Assembly (NCBI GenBank): GCA_964016885.1
Contig: OZ024741.1
Coordinates: forward strand, 321,656,001-321,720,000
Length of the DNA: 64,000 bases
Reading direction: 5' to 3'
Source: Eledone cirrhosa
Taxonomy: Eukaryota
Shown: positions 62,590-64,000 of the stretch, piece after piece
Layout: the number at the start of each line of letters is the position of its first letter
Position numbering within the stretch: position 1 is the stretch's first letter
The notes under the pieces: model-generated
What the model was told of the DNA's origin: nothing
What the model saw: the letters and a program-made list of their open reading frames with translations, nothing else
Databases searched by the model: none
Made by a program: the position numbers and the translations under genes

Positions 62590-64000
62590 ACACACTATGT
62601 GATGACAAACTATCAACTTCTTGATGAAAAACATTCCCATACCACTGAGAAAAATCTACCTATGGGCATTGATTAAAAAAACCGATACATTTGTGAAACG
62701 CTTACAAAGGCATGCATACTTCTATGACAGGCACCACCACACACAGGAGCCTGACCAAGAGGATAAATACGGCTTCAAAATCTTCAGGACACCACACTGA
62801 ACCCCCTGCTCTCACCTTTCATGGCCGATCTATTCAACCTGGTCGAAGGAGTTAAGTTCAAACACCACACAAACCGATTCCAACAACTCTGCAATGATAT
62901 ATGCGAGTACCGAAGCACTGACAATATTTTCGTGTACTCTGACAAAACCAGCAACTTATACTTTGTCAACCAAGATAGTCACCATTCTCTGATTAAAAAC
63001 AGTCTGACCTCTTACAAAACGTCCAACCCATATATGATCCAGGAGATTAATGCTAAAGGACACAATATCACCTCCAACCACAGCATCCATGATTGAATTG
63101 AACCTCTTGACAAACATATTACTTATTTCACTCTCAAGGACCATAAATCGGACTTTGACAGCAAACCCACCATCCGGCTCATTAACCCGACGAAATATGA
63201 CATAGGAAGTATCAGTAAAAGGATCCAGGATATAAAAATAACCCAGGTCAAGGAACAAGCAAGGCTCAGCTTATGGACTAACACACATAGGGCCATATCC
63301 TGGTTCTGAGGTATCACTAACAAAGAGAAAATTACTATGCCTCAATAATTCAACCACTCCTGGAGGCCGTTATTGATTATGCCCGAAATATCACACCAAC
63401 CAGTGATCAAGAAATTGACATCATATTCCATGCCAAGAAGATGGTCCTGTTCTTTGAAAACTCTACCTAGATAAAAAGGTCCACAAACTCATCCTTCGAT
63501 ATTAGTATGGGAGCAACCAGCTTGGCAAGGGGGCCTATACTGAGATGATGGGCTCATAACCCTAGCAGTACAGAATGGGTACGCAAACAACTTATCATAT
63601 TCCTCCAGGAATTAGGATTTAAAGTAACCATACAGATATCCCTCACCTGTACCAACTTCTTGGATGTTACCCTAAATTTGGCAAACCAACTGCACCTCTA
63701 CTTCCAGAAACCTAATGAAACCCTACATTACATAAATAGATATTTGAACCACCCAAGGACAATCACCAAAAAGTTGGTAAAAACATCACCCTCCGTATTT
63801 CATGCCTGTCTGCCACCGAGCAAATTTTTCATGAACATGTGATACATTACAACTTGGCACTAAAGAAAAGTGGATTCAAAGAAGGATTTACCTACTACCC
63901 AAGCCCCAACCGTGGAATTAACAGGCGGTGCTGCCGCACATGCAATATTACCTGGTTTAATCCTCCTCACAATGTTAAGGTCACCTTCCTATTGGGAAAG
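62590..64000 (+). mobile_element. Decayed Penelope-like retroelement RT
   Basis: SDKTSNLY, FTLKDHKSDFDSKPTIRLINP, FDISMG, NFLDVTLNL, KPNETLHYINRYLNHP, NITWFNPP motifs with stops and frameshifts; runs off the window. Confidence 0.85.

Overview
AT-rich, microsatellite- and transposon-dense animal genomic DNA, most consistent with a coleoid cephalopod (Octopus-like). This is inferred from the Nin/Deu-domain and CORE-type tRNA SINEs, the RTE/CR1/Penelope mix and the (TA)n/(CA)n/(ATG)n density. Four spliced genes were reconstructed by hand, all on the minus strand. (1) A secreted signal peptide-PAN-PAN-Sushi protein with 5 coding exons (10372->1457) that runs off the left edge. (2) SMIM15, with one coding exon (29295->29062). 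(3) A complete 6-exon NDUFAF2/mimitin (52541->38662, 144 aa). (4) The terminal exon of an unidentified gene (61996->61833). A retro-pseudogene fragment of eIF3g lies inside NDUFAF2 intron 3. The rest is mostly mobile DNA: RTE LINEs with a PHD finger inside the RT, CR1-like LINEs, CRE-like RLE tails, Penelope-like fragments, SINEs, a TTAA (piggyBac-type) MITE, hAT and mariner relics. The most striking unexplained signal is a set of long fold-back (palindromic) elements, mostly embedded in (TA)n. Several carry minimal type-I hammerhead ribozyme folds (33610-33670, 55251-55316, 56437-56572, plus degenerate copies). They are best explained as Penelope-like pseudo-LTR or retrozyme-like units from several families.
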